The notes under the pieces: generated by a model
Seen by the model: only the letters and a program-made list of their open reading frames with translations
Told to the model about the DNA's origin: nothing
Databases searched by the model: none
Made by a program: the position numbers and the translations under genes
In this document: in pieces, positions 9,711 to 19,035 of the stretch
Layout: every line of letters begins with the position of its first letter
Position numbering within the stretch: the first letter of the stretch is position 1
Assembly: GCA_019638495.1 (NCBI GenBank)
Contig: JAHBTQ010000007.1
Span: 50,757 to 114,756 of the forward strand
Origin: Taibaiella sp.
GTDB lineage: Bacteria > Bacteroidota > Bacteroidia > Chitinophagales > Chitinophagaceae
Length of the DNA stretch: 64,000 bases
Reading direction: 5' to 3'

Positions 9711-9756
9711 GAAAAGCCCCTTTAGGGCCTGCCTGCCGTCAGGCAGGGTTTGGGGT
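9711..9756 (-). repeat. Composite REP-like element (copy 1 of 3)
   Basis: AAAAGCCCCTTTAGGGCCTGCCTGCCGTCAGGCAGGGTTTGGGGT; near-identical copies at 9952-9998 and 47763-47808. Confidence 0.85.
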
Positions 9757-9757
9757 C

Positions 9758-9874
9758 TTATCCTTGCCTTTGCTTAAAGCGTGGATTCTTTTTGTTGATG
9801 ATATACAACCTACCCTTGCGGCGAACTATCTTACAGTCAACGCTACGTTTCTTAATAGAAGCTCTAACTTTCAT
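9758..9874 (-). CDS. rpmJ: 50S ribosomal protein L36 (zinc-less type); missing from the ORF track
   Basis: Manual translation gives [38 protein letters not shown], between infA and rpsM. Confidence 0.97.
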   Translation of the reverse strand: MKVRASIKKRSVDCKIVRRKGRLYIINKKNPRFKQRQG

Positions 9875-9951
9875 TGTTGTTGTGTTTTACTAACCTTTAT
9901 TTTTACCCCGCAGGGATTATTTACTACAAAACTCATCCTTGCAGAATGAGG

Positions 9952-9998
9952 GAAAAGCCCTTTCAGGGCCTGCTTGCCGTTAGGCAGGGTTTGGGGTT
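9952..9998 (-). repeat. Composite REP-like element (copy 2 of 3)
   Basis: GAAAAGCCCTTTCAGGGCCTGCTTGCCGTTAGGCAGGGTTTGGGGTT; directly after the infA stop. Confidence 0.85.
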
Positions 9999-10217
9999 TT
10001 ACTTATACCTATATATGATCCTGCCACGGCTCAGATCATATGGGCTCATTTCCACCCCTACCTTATCACCCGGTAATATGCGGATGTAGTGCATCCTCAT
10101 CTTTCCCGATATTGTGGCAAGTATCTCATGACCATTCTCCAGGCGAACACGAAACATAGCATTTGACAGCGCTTCCACTATTACTCCGTCCTGTTTAATG
10201 AGAGATTGTTTTGCCAT
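9999..10217 (-). CDS. infA: Translation initiation factor IF-1
   Basis: [16 protein letters not shown]...[18 protein letters not shown]. Confidence 0.99.
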   Translation of the reverse strand: MAKQSLIKQDGVIVEALSNAMFRVRLENGHEILATISGKMRMHYIRILPGDKVGVEMSPYDLSRGRIIYRYK

Positions 10218-10233
10218 ATTTTTTTAAGGACTG

Positions 10234-10241
10234 CAAAGGTA
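10234..10241 (-). promoter_or_regulatory. -7 promoter box TACCTTTG for infA
   Basis: CAAAGGTA on the + strand, 16 nt from the infA ATG. Confidence 0.65.
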
Positions 10242-10440
10242 GTAAAATGTTTTCATTTAAACCGAAAAAAGTTGTGGAAAAATAAAACCACCCGGTAATT
10301 GTCTGTAACAGGGTGAATTTTTCGGTCAAAAACATTCGCAAACAGCACTGAGAGACTGCGCAAATTACTAACTCTGTGGCACTTCGATCACTTTCCACAT
10401 TCGCGATAGCTATCGGGACGCAATCTCCCAATTGACATCT

Positions 10441-10448
10441 TACCTTTG
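10441..10448 (+). promoter_or_regulatory. -7 promoter box TACCTTTG
   Basis: Exact consensus match, 8 nt upstream of ATG 10457. Confidence 0.65.
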
Positions 10449-10456
10449 CGCCGTTT

Positions 10457-11020
10457 ATGCACGAAATAGAGCCATTTTATAACTGGAGGCATCTCTATAT
10501 TGCAGAGGAAGATGAGTGGTCCCCCTTCTACGGTACCGAACACAGCGAGTTCGAGTACTCTAACACCATATATAATTACTACATCCACCCCCAGTGGGAT
10601 GAATTTGGCTCCCGTACCCTTTATTTAAAGGTGCTTTTTGTCGATTACGACCTTAAATATGCCATTATTGAGATGATAGGCGAGTGGAACGATGCCGTGG
10701 AGAACGACATTATGCAGCTAAAGCGCTCTGTAATAGACCAGTTGGAGGCACGGGGCATCAACAAATTCATCCTTATTACAGAAAACGTCCTCAACTTCCA
10801 CAGTGGCGACCGCGACTATTACGAAGAATGGGAGGAGGAGGTGCGTGATTCCGGCGGCTGGATAGCGGCCATTAATATGCCCGAGCAGACACAGTACGAT
10901 TTTACCCGCTGCCGCCTCGACCGCTACATCACCCGTATGGATCGGCCCAACTGGCGCACCTGGCAGCCGGGCGACTTTTTTCAGTCAGTTGATAATGAAA
11001 TGTTACGACGATTGGACTAG
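10457..11020 (+). CDS. Conserved Bacteroidota hypothetical protein
   Basis: MHEIEPFYNWRHLY...YNYYIHPQWDEFGSRTLYLK; host-like codon usage and its own promoter. Confidence 0.85.
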   Translation: MHEIEPFYNWRHLYIAEEDEWSPFYGTEHSEFEYSNTIYNYYIHPQWDEFGSRTLYLKVLFVDYDLKYAIIEMIGEWNDAVENDIMQLKRSVIDQLEARGINKFILITENVLNFHSGDRDYYEEWEEEVRDSGGWIAAINMPEQTQYDFTRCRLDRYITRMDRPNWRTWQPGDFFQSVDNEMLRRLD

Positions 11021-11154
11021 GTGCATCTTTAACTCTTATTCTATTATGAACTATTGTTTAATATTTTTCTGATTAACTACCAGTTTGCATAAAGTTTTTG
11101 TATTATTGCGTTACCTACAACTATTAACATTACGAAAACGAAAAAATTGGAACA

Positions 11155-13053
11155 ATGTCCTACAAAGTACGCATTCTGCCCAGGTGGCTGGTCTTCCTGC
11201 TAGACCTGTTCCTTGTTTGCTTCGGCATCTTCGTCTCCAGGATGCTCAAGCTCAACTTTAATTGGGACACAGTCGGCATCGGATTGAAGTTTATGATGGG
11301 CGTTGCGCTCATCGTTAATGCGGTCCTCTTTTACGCCTTCAAAAGTTATGCAGGCATAGTGCGCTATACCAATATCGAGGACGCCACCCGTCTTGTGATG
11401 GTAAATGCGATAGCCTCATTTTTTTACCTCGTAGTTAATGTTTTCCTCCTCGGCTCGAGAAACTACTTTACCCTGCAGATCGTAGCCATCAACTTCTTTA
11501 TCACTTCATTCATTATCATCTCTTACCGCCTGCTGGTAAGGTATGTGTTCAACTTCTACAAGAGCCTTGCCTATACAGGCGCCAGGGTGCAGAAGAAGAA
11601 GGTAGCCGTCTACGACACATCGGCCGACGGCCTGCACATAAAGAAACTGATGAACAGCCTACCTGATGGAGACATGCAGGTAGTTGCCTTTGTAGACGAT
11701 TCATTTGCTACCAACGGCAAATTGCTGGAGGGTATTCCCATCTATGGCACTAATGCCGCGGGCATCGCCAAGCTGGCAGCCGAGGGTGTGGAGATACTGA
11801 TTCTCGCCAATAAACACATGGTGAAGACCAGCCTTAGCGACCTGGTAGATAGCTGCCTGGCCAATGGCATCAAAGTGCAGCAGATACCTGCCATGCGCGA
11901 CTGGCTGAATGATAAGCTGGATGCGCAGCAACTGCAGAACATCAATATCGAAGATCTGCTTGAACGCGAAGTGATCAAGATCCACAACGAGGCCATCTAC
12001 AGCGCGCTCAAGGGCAAGAAGATACTCGTTACCGGGGCCGCCGGTTCTATAGGCAGTGAGCTGGTGCGCCAGTTGCTCAACTATCGCCCGTCCCTTATTA
12101 TACTCTGCGACAAGGCCGAAACACCCATGCACGACTTCCTCATGGAGATAGGCGACAAGCACCGCAACGTAAAGGCTTGCCTCGCCGATATCTGCGACCG
12201 TCAGCGCATGGAGCAGATATTCGAGGTCTACAATCCACAGATAGTATTCCACGCAGCAGCCTACAAGCACGTGCCGCTCATGGAAGACAACCCCAGCATA
12301 GCCGTGCTGAACAACGTTTCCGGCACCCGCACCCTGGCCGAGCTGGCTGTGGCGAATGGTGTTGAGAAGTTTGTGATGGTCTCTACAGACAAGGCTGTGA
12401 ACCCTACCAATGTAATGGGAGCATCCAAGCGCATTGCAGAGATATTTACACAAAGCTATTTCAGGCATCTGGCTGCTCCTGCTACCGATAGCAAGGTCAC
12501 CAAGTTTGTTACCACCCGCTTTGGCAATGTGCTGGGCTCTAATGGCTCTGTGATACCGCGCTTTAAGAAGCAACTGGAGAGCGGCGGCCCGCTTACCGTT
12601 ACCCACCCGGAGATAACCCGCTACTTCATGACCATTCCCGAGGCCTGCCTGCTGGTGATAGAAGCCGGTGTGATGGGCGAGGGTGGCGAGATATTCGTCT
12701 TCGACATGGGGCAACCCGTGAAGATTGCCGACCTGGCCCGCAAGGTCATAAAGCTTTCTGGCAAGGAACCCGACCGCGACATACAGATCGTGTACACAGG
12801 CCTGCGCCCCGGCGAAAAACTATATGAGGAGCTGCTGAGCGCCGCCGAAAACACACGCCCCACCTACCACGAGAAGATAATGATAGCCGATGTGCGCCAG
12901 TATGACTTTGAGGTGGTGGAGCAAAAGGTGCAGAAGCTCATAGATAGTGCTCGCCAGCACTACACACTGGAGACAGTAACCCTCATGCAAGACCTGGTGC
13001 CCGAGTTCATCAGCAACAACGCAGTCTACGAAAAGGTGGCTAGCAAGAAGTAG
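11155..13053 (+). CDS. Polysaccharide biosynthesis nucleotide-sugar dehydratase (CapD/WbpM/PglF family)
   Basis: N-terminal TMs; TGAAGSIGSEL, FHAAAYKHVP, STDKAVNPTNVMGASK, RFGNVLGSNGSV, GLRPGEKLYEEL. Confidence 0.95.
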   Translation: MSYKVRILPRWLVFLLDLFLVCFGIFVSRMLKLNFNWDTVGIGLKFMMGVALIVNAVLFYAFKSYAGIVRYTNIEDATRLVMVNAIASFFYLVVNVFLLGSRNYFTLQIVAINFFITSFIIISYRLLVRYVFNFYKSLAYTGARVQKKKVAVYDTSADGLHIKKLMNSLPDGDMQVVAFVDDSFATNGKLLEGIPIYGTNAAGIAKLAAEGVEILILANKHMVKTSLSDLVDSCLANGIKVQQIPAMRDWLNDKLDAQQLQNINIEDLLEREVIKIHNEAIYSALKGKKILVTGAAGSIGSELVRQLLNYRPSLIILCDKAETPMHDFLMEIGDKHRNVKACLADICDRQRMEQIFEVYNPQIVFHAAAYKHVPLMEDNPSIAVLNNVSGTRTLAELAVANGVEKFVMVSTDKAVNPTNVMGASKRIAEIFTQSYFRHLAAPATDSKVTKFVTTRFGNVLGSNGSVIPRFKKQLESGGPLTVTHPEITRYFMTIPEACLLVIEAGVMGEGGEIFVFDMGQPVKIADLARKVIKLSGKEPDRDIQIVYTGLRPGEKLYEELLSAAENTRPTYHEKIMIADVRQYDFEVVEQKVQKLIDSARQHYTLETVTLMQDLVPEFISNNAVYEKVASKK

Positions 13054-13116
13054 TAACTGGTAGCTGCCACGCCCCACTGATCTACAAAACAAACAAACAA
13101 CACTGACACAAAAAGA

Positions 13117-13140
13117 TAAGAGCGGCACCCGCCGCTCTTA
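13117..13140. terminator. Terminator hairpin between convergent genes
   Basis: Perfect 10-bp stem TAAGAGCGGC-accc-GCCGCTCTTA. Confidence 0.75.
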
Positions 13141-13280
13141 TTACTTTTTATACTTCAGGAATCGATCTTAACATCTAATTCCTCAAAAAAATTAATCCGA
13201 ATTCCCTCCCGATAGCTATCGGGACCCAATTCCTCAAAAAATCAATCCTAATTCCGAATTCCTAATTACAAATTCCCCAT

Positions 13281-14495
13281 TTACTGCTCATACCCGCTTA
13301 TCTGCGTGTTGTGGCCGGTAAGTTTGGTAAGGTCGTCAAGCACCGGCGAGCACTGAGGCTGGCCGTTTATGTTGTGTTTCCACTTCACGGTGCCGCGCAT
13401 AGTATCCAGTGCATACAGGTACTTGTCATAGCTGCCTATGTACACCACGCCACCATAGCATAGCGGGCTCGATGTGATGATGCCAGCCGTCTTATACTGC
13501 CATTTAGAAGTGCCGTCCTGTATCTTCAGTGCATATAGGTTATAGTCCTTACAGCCTACAAACACTGTTTGCCCGTATGCAAATGGGCTCGATGTCACCT
13601 CGCTCGATGTTTTCTTTTTCCAGCGCAGGTCTGGTGTTGCCGTAAAGTCTGTGAGGCCCGTGTCTATGCAATAAACGTTGAAGTCGTCGCAACCGAAGAT
13701 GCATGTACCCTTGTAGGCTGTAGGTGAGCTGCGAATGCCACCCTCTGTCTTAAATGTCCAGCGAAGCAGAGAGCCGCCTCCCGGTGGCTGCTCCAGGTAC
13801 AGGCAATACATATTGCTGTCGTTTACGCTGCCCACAAACAGGTAAGGATCGCCGATAGCAGGCGATGATACAAACTTAGCCTTGGAGTTATAGTAAGACC
13901 ATGTGGCAGACACACCGTCTGTTTCTATGCCGGTTGGGTTGCCATACTGCTTGCCATACCTGTATACATAGCCTGTGGTGGTAGCCACATATACCGAGTT
14001 GCCAAACATAGTAGGCGAGGCCTCTATAGGCCCTGCGGCCGAGAAGCTCCATTTCGTTTTGCCCGTACCCGTGTCTATAGCGCAGAAGGCGCCGCTCACC
14101 CCACCCACATATATTTTGCCATCGTCGGCTATGGGGGTTGCTGTTACGCCAGCACCGCCGTTAGAGAAGGTTATCTTCTTGCTTATCTTGCCTGTGCGCG
14201 AGTCTATCTTAAACAGTGTATCACCCACCGATGCAGCTACATATACATAGCCGTTATAGATAATGGGAGATGCTATTATCTTGCTGCTCAGCCCCAGTTC
14301 CCAGTTCTTATCACCGTTTGCCGGGTTAATGGCATACAGCACCTGGTTGTCACTACCTATTATAATGCTCTGGTTATAGACCTCCGGTAGCGGTTGGTCG
14401 TCCGTATTGGGTTTGGGTTTGCAGGAACCTAACGCCACCGACACCGCTGCCAGTGACAAAAACATTTTGCTCCAACGCTGTAGCATACCTGACAT
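13281..14495 (-). CDS. PQQ-like beta-propeller lipoprotein (BamB-like repeats)
   Basis: Lipobox ALGSC; repeated W.F...G.I.SSP...G.VY.GS.D..LYA units. Start at ATG 14495 is uncertain. Confidence 0.85.
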   Translation of the reverse strand: MSGMLQRWSKMFLSLAAVSVALGSCKPKPNTDDQPLPEVYNQSIIIGSDNQVLYAINPANGDKNWELGLSSKIIASPIIYNGYVYVAASVGDTLFKIDSRTGKISKKITFSNGGAGVTATPIADDGKIYVGGVSGAFCAIDTGTGKTKWSFSAAGPIEASPTMFGNSVYVATTTGYVYRYGKQYGNPTGIETDGVSATWSYYNSKAKFVSSPAIGDPYLFVGSVNDSNMYCLYLEQPPGGGSLLRWTFKTEGGIRSSPTAYKGTCIFGCDDFNVYCIDTGLTDFTATPDLRWKKKTSSEVTSSPFAYGQTVFVGCKDYNLYALKIQDGTSKWQYKTAGIITSSPLCYGGVVYIGSYDKYLYALDTMRGTVKWKHNINGQPQCSPVLDDLTKLTGHNTQISGYEQ

Positions 14496-14651
14496 AAATT
14501 TTTTCTGAACTTGCAAGATAAGCCTTTTTTAAAAACGTTAACAGAAAAGTCATTGACGGGCAATGCCATTGCCCGTTGGCATCTTAGACAGCAAGCCAAG
14601 CGCAGAGGTTGGTACCAGCGGACGGGCGATGAATATTTCCCGGCTTCATCT

Positions 14652-14830
14652 GCAGCATTGACCCTACTTTTTCTTTTGCTTCGCCAAAAGAAAAAGTAGC
14701 AAAAAGAAAAGGCGATTTTTTGCCAAACGCTCCGCAGGCAAAAAAATAGCTCTACGCTGAACTGTGGGGGAACAATATGCTGCACGGGCCCCATCCCGGA
14801 CCATGCCGGGAGTGGGGGCGGGGATGGGGC
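14652..14830. other. Highly structured intergenic element (MITE- or ncRNA-like)
   Basis: 14-bp perfect stem 14665-14698, GCAGCAT/ATGCTGC closing helix, 10-bp stem 14788-14797/14821-14830. Confidence 0.5.
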
Positions 14831-14901
14831 AGCGAATTTCTTTTCGCCGAAGTGTAAATTCGGATTGTCTCATTGCCGAATTGTCTCATTGTCAAATTGG
14901 C

Positions 14902-15441
14902 TCATTGTCTCCTTGTCGAATTCCCTATCATCACACCCCCTTTCCTGTTCTCACGCCAGTTGGCAAATACCAGGTTGCGGTGGCCACCCCATGCCAGGCA
15001 CAGCATCGGGGGCAAGTCGGGGAAGTGTTTAGTGGTGAATATTCCCCTTACCTCACCACCACCCTTAAAGTGCAGCACCACCATATCCCCATCTGCCGGG
15101 CTGTAATGCTCCACATTGGCAATGGGTGGCGCTCCACGGCGCTCACCGGGGCGATAGTAGGTGATGTCAAGCCCTGTGGCCTGTGCATCCTGCTCCCACG
15201 TGCCGTAAAACTGTTTCAGCGGCATCTTGCCCGTGCGGCCACTCTCGCGCACCCCATCGCGTGTAGCGAACCGCAGCGAGAACCGCCCATCAAATATTTC
15301 AATCTCCGTATACAGCATATCACTCACCCCATCATCACCCGCAGCATTGCCGTAAGTACCAACATACTGAGTGCGTTGAGCGAGAGCGGAGAGCTGTGCC
15401 GTTAGCAGCAGCAGAACGCAGAGTACTAACATCCGGGACAT
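14902..15441 (-). CDS. Hypothetical exported protein
   Basis: Signal peptide MSRMLVLCVLLLLTAQLSALA; the C-terminus runs toward simple-repeat DNA. Confidence 0.6.
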   Translation of the reverse strand: MSRMLVLCVLLLLTAQLSALAQRTQYVGTYGNAAGDDGVSDMLYTEIEIFDGRFSLRFATRDGVRESGRTGKMPLKQFYGTWEQDAQATGLDITYYRPGERRGAPPIANVEHYSPADGDMVVLHFKGGGEVRGIFTTKHFPDLPPMLCLAWGGHRNLVFANWRENRKGGVMIGNSTRRQ

Positions 15442-15587
15442 AAGAATGGTTTTATGGATATATGCAGAAATGGGTGTGCGTGTTGCCTATTGGACTTGGA
15501 ATTTGGACTTTTATTTAACCACCGTCCTCCCTCCGTGGCATCGTCCGTTGTGTCACTCACTTGTACGTCCCGGGCTATGGGCATCTT

Positions 15588-15670
15588 GTCTCATCCGCCG
15601 TAGCCTTGCGCGAAGGAGGTGTCTCATCCGCCGTAGCCTTGCGCGAAGGAGAGTCTCATTCGCCGTAGCC
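15588..15670 (+). repeat. Tandem ~33-bp REP-like repeat (2 full copies plus 1 partial)
   Basis: GTCTCATCCGCCGTAGCCTTGCGCGAAGGAG at 15588 and 15621, partial copy at 15653; no spacers. Confidence 0.85.
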
Positions 15671-15739
15671 GTCGGCATAGGAAGATACGTTCAGGGCTCT
15701 GAGCAGCGTTTCGCTTGCCCGTTTTTGTTTCTTTTGGGG

Positions 15740-18700
15740 TTAATTCTTGTGTTTAAAATTTGCCACCTGTTCCATTACTTGATCGAATACTTCATCATTG
15801 TGTTGCGGTGGATAACCATTTTTTATCAAACAGAAGAATATCTTTTGGTTCAGATCTGCTCTTACGTTGGTATTGTTGAGCCAATCTGTAAAGGAAGATT
15901 GGACATCAATCAACTCCTTAATTTTCTGAGCTAAGAGTTTACATTTATCATTAATAATCAAGCCACCCACCTTTTTATCTTCACCATACTCAAAATTATA
16001 CTTATCTCGAAGATGCATAAGAATGTCATAGAAGGCTTTTTCCTCGAATGTTAATCCCAGTTTTCTAAAACTGTCTTTGTCTTCACCTAATTTTGAGAGT
16101 ATATCCAAAGCCTGCTGAGTAGCATTTCTTATAATTGAATCTACCGCTTCTGTTTGTGTTGACGTAGCTTCCGTAGACGATAAACTTGCTCTTCTATTGT
16201 GGTATTCTTCCAGGGTTTTATTCAGCAGCTCTTCATATTTTTCAGCTGCTATTTTATTTGTGTCCTTATACTCTCTGATTGATTTTCGAAGCATCTTAAT
16301 CAAGACTTCAAGTTTGGTTGCTGGTAATTTTATACTTTCCAACTGGACCACAAACTCAGGACTGAATATATTTTCTTCCACATCGGTTTGTAGAATGCTT
16401 ACCACAGAATTACATTTCAGGGCTTCTGCAACCATTTTTTCAACTGCACGATTCATACTTTCTGTATCGTGTTTCTCACCGGAAGTTTTTCTGATATAAG
16501 ATGCCACAGCCATAAAACACTGTGACAATGATAGTTGCTCATGTGTAAGCACGTTCGATGGTTGGCAAACGTCATATGCTGTTCTCAAACGCTTCACATG
16601 TGCCAAAAAGAATGTTTTTGCACTAACGGATTTTGGCCTTTCTTTTTCGTTGCTAAGTTTCAGTTGATTGTTTAAAGTGATTATGTAATCGGCCGCCGAT
16701 GAAAGACACTCTAATCTCTCCAATGGACTTGTATTGGAATCAGTAAACGGTATTATGTTAAAATCAACAAATACCTCTCTGAGTATACTCAACTCAATAA
16801 TTAGGGCCTCTAATGCTTGCTGAACATCATCTTCACTTGGGCCAAATGTTTCACCTCCAAACTTTCGCATTGCCTCCATCATGTTGTCACGAATTCCGAT
16901 GTAGTCAATGATATAGCCGAACTCTTTACCTTCATATTTGCGGTTGACACGGCTAATTGTTTGAATAAGCGTTTGTTTTTGTAGCGGTTTGTCGTTGTAG
17001 AGGAAAGACAGGCAAGGAACGTCAAAACCTGTAATCCACATATCGACAACTATAACGATGCGAAAATTGGAGTTCTCCAATTTGAAGGCATCATCAAGCT
17101 TTTTATTACGCGGTTTATCGCCTAAGTAATTATACATGTCCGCCGGATCATCCTTACCACGTGTAGCAACCATTGCTATTGTCGGCATCGGGGACAGTTC
17201 CTTCAATTCTTCAGCAGTTAATTTACCGTCGTCTGGCGACTTTTTCTCTACGAACCATTCTGGCTTTTGAGCTTTAAACATTTGTAGTAGTCTGTATGCA
17301 ATTTTACGCTTACTGCATACTATCATTGCTTTTTGTACTACATCGGCTTTGTTTTCACAAGCATTGGTATAGTGTTCTATAATATCCTTAGCAAGGCGAT
17401 CCAGGCGTTCTTCATCACCAAGAATCACTTCCATTGCACTCATTGCTTTTTTGCTGGCAGCCACATCATCTTCAGTTGCTCCCTCATCGGCACATTGCTT
17501 GTAGTAAGCGTCTATCTCTTTTACTTTTTCACTATCCAGCGTAACATTTGCTATGCGGGGGATGTATTTTAGCTCAACCGTGATTTCATCTTCAACAGAT
17601 TGCTGCATGGTGTAGCTATCCACTACATCGCCAAAAACTTGAATAGTTTCTTCTATAGGAGTTCCCGAAAAACCAACAAATGTTGCATTAGGGAATGCAC
17701 TACGCAAATGCTCAGCATACGGCTTTGTGACAAATGCCCCAATAACAGACTCACTATTGTCGTCATCGGTCTTTTTATCTTTTACTTTTAACTGTGTATT
17801 CAAACGTACCTGGGTGCGATGTGCTTCGTCAGAAAAGCAAATAATGTTTTTCCGCGTATTAAGTTCGCCTATCTCTTCGCAGAACTTTTGGATGGTACAG
17901 ATAAAAAATCCTCCGGACGCTCTGATTGATAGTTCTCTTTTAAGGTCTTCTCTATCGGCAATTATTTTGGCTGCTCCCAATGATAAAAACTCCTCCGAAC
18001 GAAGGAATAATTTGCCTGCTTGCGTTTGTAGATCATCTCTATCCACAATCATTACAATGGTAGGAGAGCCAAGCTCCCTGCAGCGCAATGAAAGCTGACG
18101 AGCCAAAAACATCATGGTATATGTTTTACCACAACCCGTTGCGCCAAAATAGGTACCACCCTTTCTGCTATTTGCTGTGTGTGCATATAGTACACTCTCT
18201 TTTAGCATACGGGTCGCGAAAAATTGAGGATAACGACAAACCACCTCTTCTTCCTTCTCGTGTTTTTTGTCAGGGAAGTATATATAATCACGGATAATCT
18301 CCAGAAAGCGACTTGGCTCGTACACACCTGCCACTATGGTCTTTACCTGGTCAATACCCCTCTTAGCCGACTCATCCTCATTATTGATCTTCTTCCATGC
18401 GTAGTAGTGATTGTATGGCGTATAGGTTGTGCCAAGTTTGGTGTTGTTTATTGAGGCATCGCTAATACAGGAAAGTGGGCAGTAACGCAAAAGATCTGGA
18501 ATATCCCTTTTGTAACGAATATGTATTTGGTCGTATGCATTTGCGATAGTTGCATTAAAATCTGTTGGGTTTTTAAGTTCGAAGATGCACAGAGGAATGC
18601 CATTGATGAAGAGTAACACATCCGGTATGCGAACGTCATCTTTTAGTCCATAGCCTACTTCAAACTGATTGACGCAGCGATAAACATTGTTTTTATTTTG

Positions 18701-19030
18701 CTCCTCAAAATCAACAAACTCTATATCGAATATTCTACCATCACCATTGCGAGTATAGCGAAATCCATCACGCACAAGATAGTATGTATTGCGAAGTCGC
18801 TCGAAATGGGTTTGGCCACTTACGTGTCTTAAATGGTTGATGATCTCTTCTAAATCACTTGCATGTAAATCGGCATATCGATTTTGAAGATATGGCGCTA
18901 AGTCATTTACAAGTAGAACTTCCCGGTTGATACGAGACATGCTACCACCGCCGGTGTACTCCCAGCCTTGCTGAACAAGCAGATCGATTAGAGCTTCTTC
19001 ATAGTCGCTTTCGTAATATTTACCTTTCAT
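15740..19030 (-). CDS. hsdR: Type I restriction endonuclease subunit R
   Basis: IPDVLLFINGIPLCIFELKNP nuclease motif; Walker A GATGCGKT; DEAHR; GFSGTP; IVVDMWITGFDVP; QTISRVNR. Confidence 0.97.
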   Translation of the reverse strand: MKGKYYESDYEEALIDLLVQQGWEYTGGGSMSRINREVLLVNDLAPYLQNRYADLHASDLEEIINHLRHVSGQTHFERLRNTYYLVRDGFRYTRNGDGRIFDIEFVDFEEQNKNNVYRCVNQFEVGYGLKDDVRIPDVLLFINGIPLCIFELKNPTDFNATIANAYDQIHIRYKRDIPDLLRYCPLSCISDASINNTKLGTTYTPYNHYYAWKKINNEDESAKRGIDQVKTIVAGVYEPSRFLEIIRDYIYFPDKKHEKEEEVVCRYPQFFATRMLKESVLYAHTANSRKGGTYFGATGCGKTYTMMFLARQLSLRCRELGSPTIVMIVDRDDLQTQAGKLFLRSEEFLSLGAAKIIADREDLKRELSIRASGGFFICTIQKFCEEIGELNTRKNIICFSDEAHRTQVRLNTQLKVKDKKTDDDNSESVIGAFVTKPYAEHLRSAFPNATFVGFSGTPIEETIQVFGDVVDSYTMQQSVEDEITVELKYIPRIANVTLDSEKVKEIDAYYKQCADEGATEDDVAASKKAMSAMEVILGDEERLDRLAKDIIEHYTNACENKADVVQKAMIVCSKRKIAYRLLQMFKAQKPEWFVEKKSPDDGKLTAEELKELSPMPTIAMVATRGKDDPADMYNYLGDKPRNKKLDDAFKLENSNFRIVIVVDMWITGFDVPCLSFLYNDKPLQKQTLIQTISRVNRKYEGKEFGYIIDYIGIRDNMMEAMRKFGGETFGPSEDDVQQALEALIIELSILREVFVDFNIIPFTDSNTSPLERLECLSSAADYIITLNNQLKLSNEKERPKSVSAKTFFLAHVKRLRTAYDVCQPSNVLTHEQLSLSQCFMAVASYIRKTSGEKHDTESMNRAVEKMVAEALKCNSVVSILQTDVEENIFSPEFVVQLESIKLPATKLEVLIKMLRKSIREYKDTNKIAAEKYEELLNKTLEEYHNRRASLSSTEATSTQTEAVDSIIRNATQQALDILSKLGEDKDSFRKLGLTFEEKAFYDILMHLRDKYNFEYGEDKKVGGLIINDKCKLLAQKIKELIDVQSSFTDWLNNTNVRADLNQKIFFCLIKNGYPPQHNDEVFDQVMEQVANFKHKN

Positions 19031-19035
19031 ACTAT

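Noticed and set aside
9194-9949. 251-aa ORF antisense to rpsM/rpmJ
   Set aside because: Overlaps essential ribosomal-protein genes on the opposite strand and incorporates REP sequence.
11701-12714. 337-aa antisense ORF over the CapD-like gene
   Set aside because: Shadow ORF caused by GC3-rich codon usage of a well-supported sense gene; no motifs.
14429-14873. Several short ORFs over the structured intergenic element
   Set aside because: Low-complexity translations (FFLLLFLLAKQKKK) of inverted-repeat DNA.
15588-15670. Possible CRISPR array (33-bp repeats)
   Set aside because: Repeats are head-to-tail without spacers, there are only 2.5 copies, and no cas genes are present.
15446-15934. 162-aa plus-strand ORF
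   Set aside because: Made of repeat-derived sequence (LIRRSLARRR twice) and overlaps the hsdR 3' end on the opposite strand.
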